Shown: positions 38,910 to 52,946, counted from the first letter of the whole stretch. The stretch is DNA of 63,992 nt, filler included, from Octopus bimaculoides (GCF_001194135.2; 7 parts of 7 records of this genome joined end to end with filler, not necessarily neighbours in it), one strand, 5' to 3'. Translations and numbers: made by a program. Notes: generated from the sequence alone by a model not told the origin.

Positions 38910-40135
38910 ACCCGTTTTGTCTTTTGTTAGTTTTGTTCAGAAATCATATCATGTCCTTGTATTCTAAATTTTGGCAAAAGTTATAAGCTGTCGAAGTGAA
39001 TATTTTGATGCTTGCTAATTTTCTTATTAATAATGATTTCGGAAGGAAATTCCGACATTATAAATTCTCCCCCGCCTTTTTATTAATCATCAAAAATAAC
39101 TTATCATTTTACAAAGAATTGCAACTTATCCGTAAACTGTAAAAAGCAGTAAATGCCTTGAGTGAGCCTTGCAAACTGCAGCACACACAGACACCATCAT
39201 CCACGAAGTCTTATCACTCTGAAATTCAAAACAATTTGCACGGCAATTACTTTACAGCGGTTGTTCCTATGAAAACACCCTTTTGGCTGGGGTAATTTTG
39301 GCTTAATATGCCACCCCCCATTTTATAGTGGTCAAATCCTCAAATATTACACTCTCACACACCGATTCTAACACACTTATGTTCCTAGAAACATTATGTC
39401 TCATTAGCAGATGAGATAGCCACGGCTGAAGTGCCATAAGTATTAGGACTCTGCCATCAGATATGATAATGGACTTAAACTACAATAAGAACAGCCTAGT
39501 CGTTGATACCTAGTCACTAAAATGCATCAATGAAAGTTACCCGTCCTCTTAATTCTAAATTTCTATGATTATAGATTGTTCTTATTTATAACCCTTTAAT
39601 CTTTATCCAGAAAACCTAAAATCTAAGTTGTTCCGCTGTGTCCATCGCATCTTATTTTCCCCTCTTAACCGACTTATCCTTCCATTCGTAACATCGTAAA
39701 ATGTGATGTAATGTGAATTTGGCGGCTACGTCTAGCAAATCATATAACAATGCAGATGTTCCACCACTATTGCGCAGGTCGATGAAAAAAGTATCAATAA
39801 CGTGTTAGAGTCTATGCAGCAAGTTATAACTAATACATTTTATTAAAAAATCGATCCTGATATCTTAACATAGAAATCGATAATCTATTGTGCACACAAA
39901 AGACAGATCTTGTAAATTTCTGAAATGTCCTTATCATGGGTAGTTATTAGTGTGTTATTATCAAGCGAGAAAGAAGCGACAACTGTGATGTTCATGCATT
40001 ACGGAAGACATGGTAATGAAATAATTGAAATAATGCAGCTACAAACAAGACCATAATGCATTAGAAGACTCCATTAGACAAGTGTTAGTTTCTATGAACC
40101 TGTTACATAATGTAATTGAGTAAGAACATTCAAAA

Positions 40136-40330
40136 GTGACTCAGAGAGAGAGGGGGGAAGGGAAAGAGAGAGAGGGAGAGAGAGAGAGGGAGAGAGAAAG
40201 AGAGAGAGGGAGAGGGAAAGAGAGAGAGGGAGAGGGAAAGAGTGGGAGGGAGAGGGAAAGAGAGAGAGGGAGAGGGAAAGAGAGGGAGGGAGAGGGAAAG
40301 AGGGAGAGGGAGAGGGAAAGAGAGAGAGTG
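40136..40330. repeat. Polypurine (G/A) minisatellite with about 20-bp period
   Basis: agagagaggggagagggaaag-type units. Other purine- or pyrimidine-rich tracts lie at 6967-7315 and 46065-46360. Confidence 0.9.
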
Positions 40331-41784
40331 GTTGTATAAGTTTCAGAGAGAGGGAGATTAGAGAAAGGAAAATTGAATTAACCAAAGGTATTATGGTAAT
40401 CAATGCAATTCTCAACCCTCAAAATTCAACTAATCAATGCATGGTTCTGTTAACAGTTTTAAAGAATGAAGAAAAAAATTCATTATCAGGTCCACTAAAA
40501 GTTAGTTTCTGGGTTAAAGAATTAAAAATACTCAATTAAAGAACTCAGTAGTAAGCCGATATCCACCAAATAATCGAATAATATATATTTCACTTGAATT
40601 TGATTTCTCTTGAATTTGATTCAACTAGAAATCACTTCACAAGATATGTTTCGCAAATGATATACACATGGCAAAACACATTCCTTATAAAATAAATCAA
40701 GATTTAACACATTTACTATTGTCGCTTCTGTCAATACCATTCGATCAGCTTGCAAGCAGAAACCGTAAACTAAATTCAGTTCGAAGTTGAAGAAAATTTA
40801 GAAGTGGTATACCATAGGTGTCACTAGGAAAGTCGTATTTATCATTACATCGTATCATATCGCCAAAAGACGAAAGAGATATTTTCATGATAGCAAAGGT
40901 CGCAATTAGGAAAATATTTTACTTCGACAAGCTTTGAGCTTAAAAGAGACAGAGACAGACAGACACAGACAGACACAGACAGAAACACAGAGACAGACAG
41001 ACAGACAGACAGACAGAGACGACAGAGAGAGAGAGAGAAGACAGACAGAGACACAGATAGACAGGCAGGCAGGCAGACAGACAGACAGACAGACAGACAG
41101 AGACAGGGAAATATTTTACTTCGACAAGCTTTGAGCTTAAAAGAGAGAGAGAGAGAGGAGGAGGAGGAGACAGGCAGACAGACACAGACAGAAACAGAGA
41201 GACAGACAGAAGACAGACAGATAGACATCCATCTAAGAATATTTGAAGAAGGAATTGTATTCCGAAATATCATCGGACTAGAGATAACTGAATTACAACA
41301 AGTACATAGTCCATTTTTTGTATTATAGTGCATTGTTGTACCATTCAAAACTTTTTATTCTTTACTACACTAAGAGATATAAATATTCTTTTTATTATAT
41401 ATTATTTTTCAGACAGTGTAACATGGGCTATTTTATCCACTGTACTCTTCGTATTGAATTAAAGAAGACTGGTTGGAAAATTTAGCTGCTGCTTTTAGCA
41501 AATCAAACAAACATTTAAAGACTCCTTCATATGTTTGCTGGTTTATACACGGTGAAGATAACAAAAGTTCTTTAAAGATGTTAATCGCCATAGGTAATTG
41601 CGTCAGGATCCTAAGTTAATATAAATCTGTGATTGAATAGCTTTTGGTTTTTCTGTTTACTTTTGCTTTAAGCTGTCTAGAGTTACTGGAAGCATAGGGC
41701 GGCAATATAGATGGCACTCACGATCGCGCTCTTCGAGGCCTTAACATTCTTTTGCCTTTCATTAGGCTCTATCATAAGAGGCGT

Positions 41785-42208
41785 GGAGGTGCAATGGCCC
41801 AGTGCTTAGGGCAGCGGACTCGCGGTCATAGGATCGCGGTTTCGATTCCTAGACCAGGCATTGTGAGTGTTTATTGAGCGAAAACACCTAAAAGCTCCAC
41901 GAGGCTCCGGCAGGGGATGTTGGCGAACCTTGCTGTACTCTTTCACCACAACTTTCTCTCACTCTTACTTCCTGTTTTTGTTGTGCCTGTAATTCAAAGG
42001 GCCAGCCTTGTCACACTGTGTCACGCTGAATATCCCCCGAGAACTACGTTAAGGGTACACGTGTCTGTGGAGTGCTCAACCACTTGCACGTTTATTTAAC
42101 GAGCAGGCTGTTCTGTTGGTCGGATCGACTGGAACCCTCGTCGGACTGCCGACAACAAGCGACGGAGTGCCGACAACAAGCGACGGAGTGCCGACAACAA
42201 CAACAACA
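41785..42208 (+). mobile_element. SINE-A, full length: tRNA-like head, (AAC)n tail, 11-bp TSD
   Basis: A-box TGGCCCAGTG and B-box-like GTTTCGATTCC. TSD ATAAGAGGCGT at 41774-41784 and 42211-42221. Confidence 0.92.
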
Positions 42209-43398
42209 TTATAAGAGGCGTTTCTCTATCGCCTTCATCCTCATGCAAATCGTTTTCGTGAACCTCTTTTACCGTTTCTTTAATGATTCCAGTTTTCGCA
42301 GAGCCGGATTGCTGGTCCTGGGTCCATTCTACTTCCCCTGGGCTCTGAACCGACATCAACGCAATTGATTGAATATAAACATATCGCGAAACCGAAAACA
42401 CACTTACCCAATTGCCGAATCAGGAAGGTGTTCTTAAATATGTTTTCCTCCCTTATAGACTCCGCTTCTTATTTAATACTGAAAAGAATCTTCATGAAAT
42501 GTAAATTATTATTTATTGCCCTTAAGGTTTTGCTATTCATATTTAAATTTGCTTTGAAAACAAAACGTTTTAAGATTTAAATTTATGGGTTTTACATTTG
42601 TTTTCATTAGAAGCATAAGATAACTATTTATAAATAGGAAGTCTGTAATTTAAACTAATTAAAGATATATGATTGCCTATCTATGATAGATAACATATGT
42701 TTGTATATATATATACTAGTTAATGTATATATAGATATATACGTATATAGTTTCTTTATTTTCTTTGCTTGCGTTCATGCGATGTGTGTTTAATCATATA
42801 TTCACATGAGCAGTCACCACACATGTACAATATAAACAAATACACATTAATAATCTGAGACTGGAAACACATAAATCATGAATAAAATTGAACGCCTGTA
42901 TTGATATACAAAAATTGATTTCATTTCCATATGGCCATGTGTCTACTATCCATCATTAAAAATACCCAAACATACAACATTCCAAGGAGAGTATGCGGAG
43001 CAATTCGATGCATTTCATATTATCTTCTTTCGAATGTTTTTGCATTGAGATATGAGAAAAGCAGATGAGAAAAGCATTCATTTTACGAAAGGAAAAAAAA
43101 AGTGCTCTTCTATACAGGTATCTATATACTCTTATAAACACGTGAATTCGCCGACTTAAACTCAGGCGTTACTAGTATATGCTGTGTTATATGAATATAT
43201 GTGTTTATATGTGATATATAAAACTTGGGTGAAGAAGTTACATTGTTGAAAATTTCCCAACTGCAAATATTTCCTTTCAGCTATTGATATTATATAAAAC
43301 ATTCCACTTATATTGAATATCAAGCAATATAAGAGTTTGCTTACCTTTGCTACCGTGGTGTTCAACTGCCTATATCAGGTGTTACAATTTTGATGAGG

Positions 43399-43784
43399 TT
43401 GTTGTTGGCACTCCGTCGCTTACGACGTCGAGGGTTCCAGTTGATCCGATCAACAGAACAGCCTGCTCGTGAAATTAATGTGCAAGTGGCTGAGTAATCC
43501 ACAGACACGTGTACCCTTAACGTAGTTCTCGGGGATATTCAGCGTGACATAGAGTGTGACAAGGCTGACCCTTCGAATTACAGGCATAACAGAAACAGGA
43601 AATAAGAGTGAGAGAAAGTTGTGGTGGAAGAGTACAGCAGGGTTCGCCACCATCCCCTGCCGGAGCCTCGTGGGGCTTCAGGTGTTTTCGCTCAATAAAC
43701 ACTCACAACACCCGGTCTGGGAATCGAAACCGAGATCCTGTGACCGCGAGTTCGCTGCCCTAACCACTGGGCCATTGCGCCTCC
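43399..43784 (-). mobile_element. SINE-A, full length, with 12-bp TSD (1 mismatch)
   Basis: attttgatgagg (43387-43398) and actttgatgagg (43785-43796). Head and tail match the 41785 copy. Confidence 0.92.
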
Positions 43785-44587
43785 ACTTTGATGAGGAACT
43801 TCACTCTAATAGAAACCGAAGTCCATTCGAATACTTTAGTGGTATTGAAAGAGACAGAATATACCAAAAGTATAGATATTAATAGCACATTATAANNNNN
43901 NNNNNNNNNNNNNNNNNNNNNNNNNNNNNNNNNNNNNNNNNNNNNNNNNNNNNNNNNNNNNNNNNNNNNNNNNNNNNNNNNNNNNNNNNNNNNNNNNNNN
44001 NNNNNNNNNNNNNNNNNNNNNNNNNNNNNNNNNNNNNNNNNNNNNNNNNNNNNNNNNNNNNNNNNNNNNNNNNNNNNNNNNNNNNNNNNNNNNNNNNNNN
44101 NNNNNNNNNNNNNNNNNNNNNNNNNNNNNNNNNNNNNNNNNNNNNNNNNNNNNNNNNNNNNNNNNNNNNNNNNNNNNNNNNNNNNNNNNNNNNNNNNNNN
44201 NNNNNNNNNNNNNNNNNNNNNNNNNNNNNNNNNNNNNNNNNNNNNNNNNNNNNNNNNNNNNNNNNNNNNNNNNNNNNNNNNNNNNNNNNNNNNNNNNNNN
44301 NNNNNNNNNNNNNNNNNNNNNNNNNNNNNNNNNNNNNNNNNNNNNNNNNNNNNNNNNNNNNNNNNNNNNNNNNNNNNNNNNNNNNNNNNNNNNNNNNNNN
44401 NNNNNNNNNNNNNNNNNNNNNNNNNNNNNNNNNNNNNNNNNNNNNNNNNNNNNNNNNNNNNNNNNNNNNNNNNNNNNNNNNNNNNNNNNNNNNNNNNNNN
44501 NNNNNNNNNNNNNNNNNNNNNNNNNNNNNNNNNNNNNNNNNNNNNNNNNNNNNNNNNNNNNNNNNNNNNNNNNNNNNNNNNNNNNNN

Positions 44588-45113
44588 GAAATACTGCTAA
44601 GCATTTCGCCCGGCGAGCTAACGTTTCTGCCAGCTCGACGCCTTTATACATATGTATGTATGTACATAATTCTTTTTCTACCCTAGGCACAAGACCCGAA
44701 ATTTTGGGCAAGTGTGCCAGTCAATTAGATCGACCCCAGTACGCAACTGGTACTTAATTTATCGACCCTGAAAGGCAAAGTCGTCCTCGGTGGAATTTGA
44801 ACCCAGATCGTAAAAACAGACGAAATAACGCGAAGCCTTTCGCCTGGCGTGCTAACATTTCTTATTTCTTTACTGCCCACAAGGGGCTACACGCAGAGGG
44901 GACAAACAAGGACAGACAAACGGATTAAGTCGATTAAATCGATTCTAGTGCGTAACTGGTACTTATTTAATCGACTCCGAAAAGGATGAAAGGCTAAGTC
45001 GACCTCGGCGGAATTTGAACTCAGAATGTAGCGGCAGACGAAATACNNNNNNNNNNACGAAATACCGTTGAGCATTTCGCCCGGCGTGCTAACGTTTCTG
45101 CCAGCTCGCCACC
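44588..45113 (-). mobile_element. SINE-C cluster: a head (44588-44645) plus a dimer of two tail variants (44668-45113)
   Basis: Junction gctaacatttct|tatttcttt at about 44857-44862. Confidence 0.88.
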
Positions 45114-45237
45114 TTATACACACATATTTTTGCGTGGATTAGTATACTCGAGCGTGTGTGTTTGCCTACACACATCATTCACACTTGGAAGCGCTGGCTG
45201 AATGAGGAATATAATGCTTTTAAATATTTGGTATTTT

Positions 45238-45278
<41 letters not shown>

Positions 45279-46058
45279 TCATTTCTTTCCAAAGAGCTAA
45301 CGGGAATGGCTATCTCAGCAGAATATATAATGGTAGGTTAAGTGAAATTGAAATCGAACACAATTTCTCTGCTTAACGTCTATGCAGATTAACTTTATAC
45401 TTCTAAATATTAGTCATAAACAACACATACGCGTGTTCGTGTCTAGCTTTGTGTGACAGTTTCACATATTAGATGTTTGAAAGTTAGTGTTAATGTCTCT
45501 TGTGTCGGTATTAAATATATATTTTCCTATCTTACAACTATTCATACAGCTCGATTTATCTTAGCTTCTTGTCATTGTTGATACAAGTCTATTATTTGGA
45601 TATCGATTTATATATTGTGTTTGACCTGACTTTTACTTCCCTTCAGATAATTCAAATGTTTGCAAGAAGATTTACCTATAAACCTTAATTTATTATGATA
45701 TGCAGACATATGATAGTAATTTGAAATGCTTTGAATATAATATGCCAATTGTTGGTTTATTTTGGAATGAAAATTAATTTATTTAAAATATGAGAAATGC
45801 GGTTACCATGTTATACAAATATGGCAGGAACTCATTGAAAATGATACAACAATATCTATACAAACTTATTTTATGATCTCATATACTTTGGATTAACTAA
45901 TGAAGCATTTCCAAACTCTTTTGTCTACACAGTATGCAATTATTTTCGTAGTGTAATTTTCTTGTCCTGTAATCACTTGTTTTATTAAGATACAGCTTCA
46001 TATTGCATTTTCGAGAATTATTGGATATTCAGAAATTCGGCCCAAATTAGTTTCCCCA

Positions 46059-46101
<43 letters not shown>

Positions 46102-46141
46102 NNNNNNNNNNNNNNNNNNNNNNNNNNNNTTAGTTTCCCCA

Positions 46142-46190
<49 letters not shown>

Positions 46191-48605
46191 CCTCACTCTC
46201 TCTGCCTCTCTCTCGATCTCTCTCCTTCTCTCTGCCTCTACCTCTCTCTTTCTGCATCTTTCTTTCTGCCTCTGTCTCTCTCTGCTTCTCTTTCTCGCTG
46301 ACTCTGTCTCTCTCTCTCTCTCTGTCCGCCTCTCTCTCTGCCCCCTTCTCTCTCTCTTTCACACACACACACTATCTAACACGTATAGCTCCTAGATATA
46401 GCATGAACAGCTGCCATCACTCAATAGACCGCTTTGATATATTGCCAAAACCAGATATGAGGAAACATCGAGTTCGTTTCCAAGCTTTATATACGAGTGA
46501 ATCTGAAATCAAAACAGAAACATTCAACACACATATACAGTACAGAAACCGCTTTCACCAAATTGCTCTTGCATCGCAGCACACGTTAACATATATGCAA
46601 ACAAGACTGTGTAAGTACGAAGCATTTTAATCATGGACAGATGTAGTGCCTAAGATGACAAGCAAAAGGTGTATTTCGTTCTTTCATACGGTAAATTATA
46701 GTTTGCTTTCAACGATGGAAAAATATTCAATTATATCAATAAATAAATTAAATTTTGTTCACATCACTTTAGAATATAAGCATAGATATTTTTAAAATCA
46801 AATGCATAAGAGAAGGGTTTCCCTAATAAGGTTTTATATGATGTAGCAACCATTGGAAGATAATCAAATTCACAGGCCGTGAAACATATCGGCCAATTTG
46901 TCTCTCGCTGAGATATCACATGTAGAAATATTTCGCCCATTTTATCAGCGAAAATGATATACGATTACCGATAATTCTCATAGCTTGCCATGCTATCACT
47001 GCATTAAAATTCTCCCACGGGTATCTTTGGAAAATGACGGAGATGTACTGCTTTTAGTTTCCTTAAATATACTTCATATTCACTCAGTATCCATGGTGTC
47101 TTAAAGATTGAAAGATATTTATTATCACCAGACTATATATCGGATATATAAACTTCTGCCAGAAAACACTCCACCTTAAAAGAAAAACAAATCAAATAAA
47201 AGCTGCAAGCCCAATGAAGAACTTTTTTTAATTTACATTAAAAAATAAAAATAAGATATGAAATGCTTCATCGAAATGCGTGATTATGTCAAAGCTAGAT
47301 GTTGCTCTGTTGGCATGAGTATATTGTGTACGTATGTATGTACACGCACTTATCGATGCATGTATATTTGTATATGTGTCTGTATATAAATACATGTGTA
47401 TGTGTATGCGTGCGTGTGTTTCAGCCAGAAATATTGCACAACATTACTAATATGGAAGAAGAGACTCCGTTAATCTTGCAGTTTTGCCCTTATCTTGATG
47501 AAATAACGTGATTTCACTCCGTTTTTTTTTTTATTCACAGACGGTGAATATAGCCCGGAAAACTTTCTGATTACGTTGATCTTCATCTACCTTTATACTA
47601 CCAGGAGACTTAAGTTTGTTGCAGTCGAAGTTCTTGTTAGATTACATGTTGAGTTTGTTGTTGCTATGATGTGATCGTCGCTGTCTTGACGGTGAAGATA
47701 ATTATCCCAGATTACATAGAGTTCATCTATGTTTTCAATCGTTGCATTGAATGCGTTTCGCCAAAAAGAGAAACCAAATACGATTCTGTTGATAATATTG
47801 GGAGGCAATTTATTTGCTTTCATTTAGAAATGGTGTAATATTTGTTTTCAATCAAAAACAAAAATATGATTTGAAATTCCAAGTATAATATACTGTACCC
47901 AGTACCCTGCAGATCTTTATCAACTTGCCATAATATTCGTGACAAACATTTCAATTAGATGTGAACAAGTGCCGAAATCACAACAGATATCTTCTCATCT
48001 GAGTTATCGGGTATATGTTCAAAATCTAGTGAAGGAGTTGCGTATAGTTACTGAGATATTTAATTTTTATTCAGTTAAAAAAAAATGTCACACGTTATCT
48101 GAAAATGAAATAAAATATGTAATGTTTGGAACTACGTTTTATAGTCCCATGTATATACATGCGCACAAACACGCATACTCACACACACATACACACCAAG
48201 ATAAGGATGTAATATATATATATATATATACATGAATACACACATATATGTAAATATATATGAACAATATATATAGGTATATACCTATATGAATTTCATA
48301 TACCTATAATACACATATATTATACCTACAAACATATATGAATGTATGTGTGTATAAGATTCAAGAGTGTCTATGAATTTTGTTTCCCGACCATAATAAA
48401 CCGAGTTCAGTCCTACTGCGTGTCATCTTGGGCAAATGTCTTCTACTATTACCCCGGGCCGACCAAACCCTTACGAGTGTATTTGGTAGACGGAAACTGA
48501 ACGAAATCTGTTGTATGTATACACACAAACATGTATCTATGTATGTATGTATGTAAATATATACGAATGGAATGTATGTATGTAAGTATATATGAATGTA
48601 TGTAT

Positions 48606-48865
48606 GCATTTCGCCCGGCGTGCTAATGTTTTTTATTTCTTTACTGCGCACAAGGGGCTACACACAGAGGGGACAAACAGGGACGGACAAACAGATTAAG
48701 TCGATTATATCGGCCCCAGTGCGTAACAGGTACTTAATTTATCGACCCCGAAAGGATGAAAGGCAAAGTCGACGTCGGCGGAATTTGAACTAAGAACGTA
48801 AAGACAGACAAAATACCGCTAAGCATTTCACCCGGCGTGCTAACGTTTCTGCCATCTCACCGCCT
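48606..48865 (-). mobile_element. SINE-C followed by about 27 nt of a second head
   Basis: gcatttcgcccggcgtgctaatgtttt|ttatttcttt junction. Confidence 0.88.
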
Positions 48866-49180
48866 CAAGCTTGAAACAAATATTAGAATATTAAATAGAG
48901 AAGAAAATTTGGCGACGAATAGTGAAAAAATCTATATACCAGACGGGAATGGTATTTAATGAGGCTGGGTCGGAATATTTGGTCTGGGTAAGTGTCTAAG
49001 CGATTTTATCAGAGGCTCTGTGCTTGATAGCAGACGAGATGGTGAATTGTGATTGAAGTATGTCTTAGGCTAGGTGTCTGTGCCTATATGAATGCATAAG
49101 CGCCCAATGTGTAGCGGACGTGTGAGAGTTAATTTGTGTAAGTTTTAGAAGCTTGTATCTGAATGTGTGAATGTACGGAA

Positions 49181-49397
49181 GGTGGTGAGCTGCCAGAATT
49201 GTTAGCACGACGGGTGAAATGCTTAGCGGTATTTCTTCTGTCTTTACGTTCTAAGTTCAAATTCCGCCGAGGTCGACTTTGCCTTTAAAACTTTCGGGGT
49301 CGATAAATTAAGTACCAGTTGTGTACTGGATCGATCTAATCGACAGGCCCCCCTCCCACAAAAAATTTCGGGTCTTGTGCCTAAAACAGAAAAGAAT
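49181..49397 (+). mobile_element. SINE-C, alternative-tail variant
   Basis: Same head; tail ccccctccc..aaatttcgggtcttgtgcct..agaaaagaat. Similar copies at 12935-13152(-), 36062-36240(-), 36265-36490(-), 50593-50810(+), 52552-52768(+), 58145-58345(+), 60748-60920(+), 60945-61140(+). Confidence 0.85.
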
Positions 49398-50923
49398 ATG
49401 TGAGGGTACGCGACGAGATGGCATTGTAGAGTCGCATGTATGTATAATATCAATAGACCTTTTTTATTGTGAGAATCTNNNNNNNNNNNNNNNNNNNNNN
49501 NNNNNNNNNNNNNNNNNNNNNNNNNNNNNNNNNNNNNNNNNNNNNNNNNNNNNNNNNNNNNNNNNNNNNNNNNNNNNNNNNNNNNNNNNNNNNNNNNNNN
49601 NNNNNNNNNNNNNNNNNNNNNNNNNNNNNNNNNNNNNNNNNNNNNNNNNNNNNNNNNNNNNNNNNNNNNNNNNNNNNNNNNNNNNNNNNNNNNNNNNNNN
49701 NNNNNNNNNNNNNNNNNNNNNNNNNNNNNNNNNNNNNNNNNNNNNNNNNNNNNNNNNNNNNNNNNNNNNNNNNNNNNNNNNNNNNNNNNNNNNNNNNNNN
49801 NNNNNNNNNNNNNNNNNNNNNNNNNNNNNNNNNNNNNNNNNNNNNNNNNNNNNNNNNNNNNNNNNNNNNNNNNNNNNNNTATATATTTGTTTGTGTGTAT
49901 GTCTATATGTATGTATATATGCATACGTTTGTCTGCTAATGTAGCTATGATTGGGCCTAAGCATATATTGTGCGAGTGAATACATGTTCTGTGTATAACG
50001 TCTTCTTCTATGAGTGCACGCATGTATATAATTAAATATAAATATGTCTTCGTGCATATGCATGATCATATTTCTAGTGTATTGGTAAGTCTATTTAGAT
50101 TCCAAGCATTCAACGTCAAAACCATGTTGTACGTTACGTGGCTGTAAAACAAAACAATATTACACTACAGGCATGCTTCCGTCCAATATTCTAAGAATAT
50201 TCTAGAAACAAGAAACATGAAATTATTGCGAAATGTGTATGGCACAGCTGTAAATGAAATGGAAAGAAACTTGTGACCAAAAATATACCAAATTTAGATG
50301 ATGACTGAATTCCAAAGTTCGTCATGGAAATAAATATTTTTCTCTTGCTGTTCGGCTCTTCAGGATGATGGTGTCAGGTATCATAATGTAAGTGATATGC
50401 TTCGTTTCTTAGTGTGTGCACAGTTGAAAGATTGACAGTTACTTCTTATATAGCCATACACACGAACATACACACTCGTTCCACAAAATACACGCAAAAA
50501 CACACATGCACACAAACACACACACACACGCGTTAGAAAACTTACATATAGTATATAGTTATTATATTGCAGCGTACAATATAAGGTAACAAGGCAACAA
50601 GCTGGCGGAATCGTTAGCACGGCAGGAAAAATGCTTAGCGGCATTCCGTCTGTTTTCACGATTTGAGTTCAGGTTTTGCCGACCTCAACTTTGCCTTTCA
50701 TTCTTTCGAAGTCGATAAAATAATTGCCAGTTAGATACTGGGGTCGATTAAATCGTCTGAGCCCCTCCCTGCAAATCTACAAGGCTTGTGTCCAAAGCTG
50801 AAGCCAATATACCATAAAGTAAAGGACGAATAACATTAGGAGAAAGTAATCGTATAAGAATCTATAAACGGGTTTATATTTAACAACTTAAGTCGTTAAA
50901 ACTGTATATATATTGGTAGAATG

Positions 50924-51364
50924 CCGTAAATTCTCGAGTATAGTCCGCCCTTGAGTATAATACGCAGGGGATTTTTAGAGGGCTGTACCTATGAAAAACC
51001 TAAACTTTGTGTATAATACGCACCCCTTCTTTTGAGTCAAGGAGGTCTTTGGTTTGTAAACGTATATACGGTAACGTCCTTTATTATTATTGTATATATA
51101 ACATAATGCAAATGTGTAGCTTTTTTGTGCATTTTGTTAGCAGAAAATAAAGAAATAACAGTAATAACGTCAGTGAAAAATAAATATAGCTTAAGGTATT
51201 TTCGCGCCAAACGTCACAAAATGCATCTGAATAAACATTGCCGGACAGCAAATAGAGACTAGGACATTGCTTAGAAAATATTTTTCATTTCTAACCTCGT
51301 ATATAGTGCGCACTAGGGTTTTTGACCTTTAAATTTTGGGGGAAAAATGCGGATTATACTCGAG
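50924..51364. mobile_element. Tc2/pogo-like MITE with CCGTA terminus
   Basis: Left end ccgtaaattCTCGAGTATAGTCCGC and right end GCGGATTATACTCGAG (15/16 match). The right end is cut by (AGAT)n. Subterminal gtataatacgca repeats are present. Confidence 0.65.
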
Positions 51365-51365
51365 G

Positions 51366-51412
<47 letters not shown>

Positions 51413-52070
51413 AAAATTAGACAGACAATATCTGCATGCCTATTATTCGGTATTTTTGTCCTCTTGTCCCTAAATCTATCCATAAATTTATGCACCGTTT
51501 CAATTATAGTTCCAAAAATTGTGACCGTGTAAGCGAGATTAGAACAGCAGTTGTATAGAAATAAATATTCGTTTTTCCACTAAGATATACTTCTTAAACA
51601 CAATTCGCCGCGAACAGATACTTAAACACGATTCCGAAACACGATTTGCCACTTTTTGAATAGACAGGTTTCTTATTTAAACCATAATTAAACTAAGAAT
51701 AAGAGATGGTTAATCAGTACCCTATACAATATCTACACTTGCGCAATAGGTATTATATTCACCTGTATCTTAAACCTTAATACTATCGCCACGAAGCCTG
51801 AAGAGAATTTAGTCAATTTCATCGACCAGATTGCTTAACAAGTTGTTACTTTATCGATTCCCAAAAGGATGAAAGGCGAAGTCAACTTCGACGACATTTG
51901 AACTGAGAATATAAAGCCGAAAAAACGCCGCTAAGCATTTTGTAGGACGTGGTAACACGTCGCCTTACTCATTCACGTATTAATGGAAAAGCACGTTCCT
52001 ACCTACCGTTTGCATCACGTTCAAGGAAGTAACTAGAATGGAGGAAGATGCCGAAGAAGAAAGAGTGGGA

Positions 52071-52112
<42 letters not shown>

Positions 52113-52771
52113 ACACACACACACAGAGACAGACAGAGAGACACACACACACACACACACAGAGACAGACAGAGAGATAGAGAGTAATAGGGAGAAAAAT
52201 AGAAAGAGAGAAAGAAACAGACGGTTCTTTCTATCACTCTCTGTCTATCACACTCTCTCTTCTCGCTCTGTAATTGTTTGAAGTATGGTTGAAGTGAAAC
52301 AGTATACATACATATATACAGTGTGGCCCAAAAGTAAGTTTACACAGTTATCACGTAGGCACTTTAAATTTCTTTTAAAACATTTTATTTCATTTAAATT
52401 TCTTACAAACTGAATAGGGAGCTTGCCAAAATTAACTAAATTAGCATAGAATAATGTTTTCATATCTGCTTTTTTATGATTAAGATCTAAACTATTAATA
52501 TATGAATGCGAAAGAGATGGTCGAATGATAATAAACCTACTTTTGTATAAAGGCTTTGAGCTGGCAGAGTCGTTAGTACACTGGGCAAAATGCATTGCGG
52601 AAATTTTCTCCGTCCTTATGGTTTCAGTTTAAATTCCGCCGTGATCTACTTCGTCTTTCATCCCTTCGTGGTCGATGAAATAATTACCAGTTGTTCACTG
52701 GGATCGATGTAATCGACTAGCCTCCTCTCCACCAAAGCTTAAAGCTTTGTGCCTATATTAGAAAAGTATAC

Positions 52772-52946
52772 AGGAGTGGGTGTGTGGTAAGTAGCTTGCT
52801 CACCAACCACATGGTTCCGGGTTCAGTCCCATTACGTGGCACCTTGGGCAAGTGTCTTCTACTATAGCTTCGAGCCGCCCAAAGCCTTGTGAGTGGATTT
52901 GGTAGTCGGAAACTGAAAGAAGCCCGTCGTATATATGTATATATAT
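52772..52946 (+). mobile_element. SINE-B head running into (TA)n and a gap
   Basis: aggagtgggtgtgtggtaag..ggcaccttgggcaagtgtcttct..aagaagcccgtcgtatatat. Diverged heads also lie at 48365-48512 and 60163-60300. Confidence 0.88.

Noticed and set aside
46048-46160. Direct repeat ttagtttccccactgactctc on both sides of a short gap (likewise around 28322 and 45047)
   Set aside because: Typical overlapping contig ends separated by placeholder Ns.
52319-52550. Tc1-like terminus TA|CAGTGTGGCCCAAAAGTA
   Set aside because: Only a partial partner (tacttttg) and no transposase sequence.
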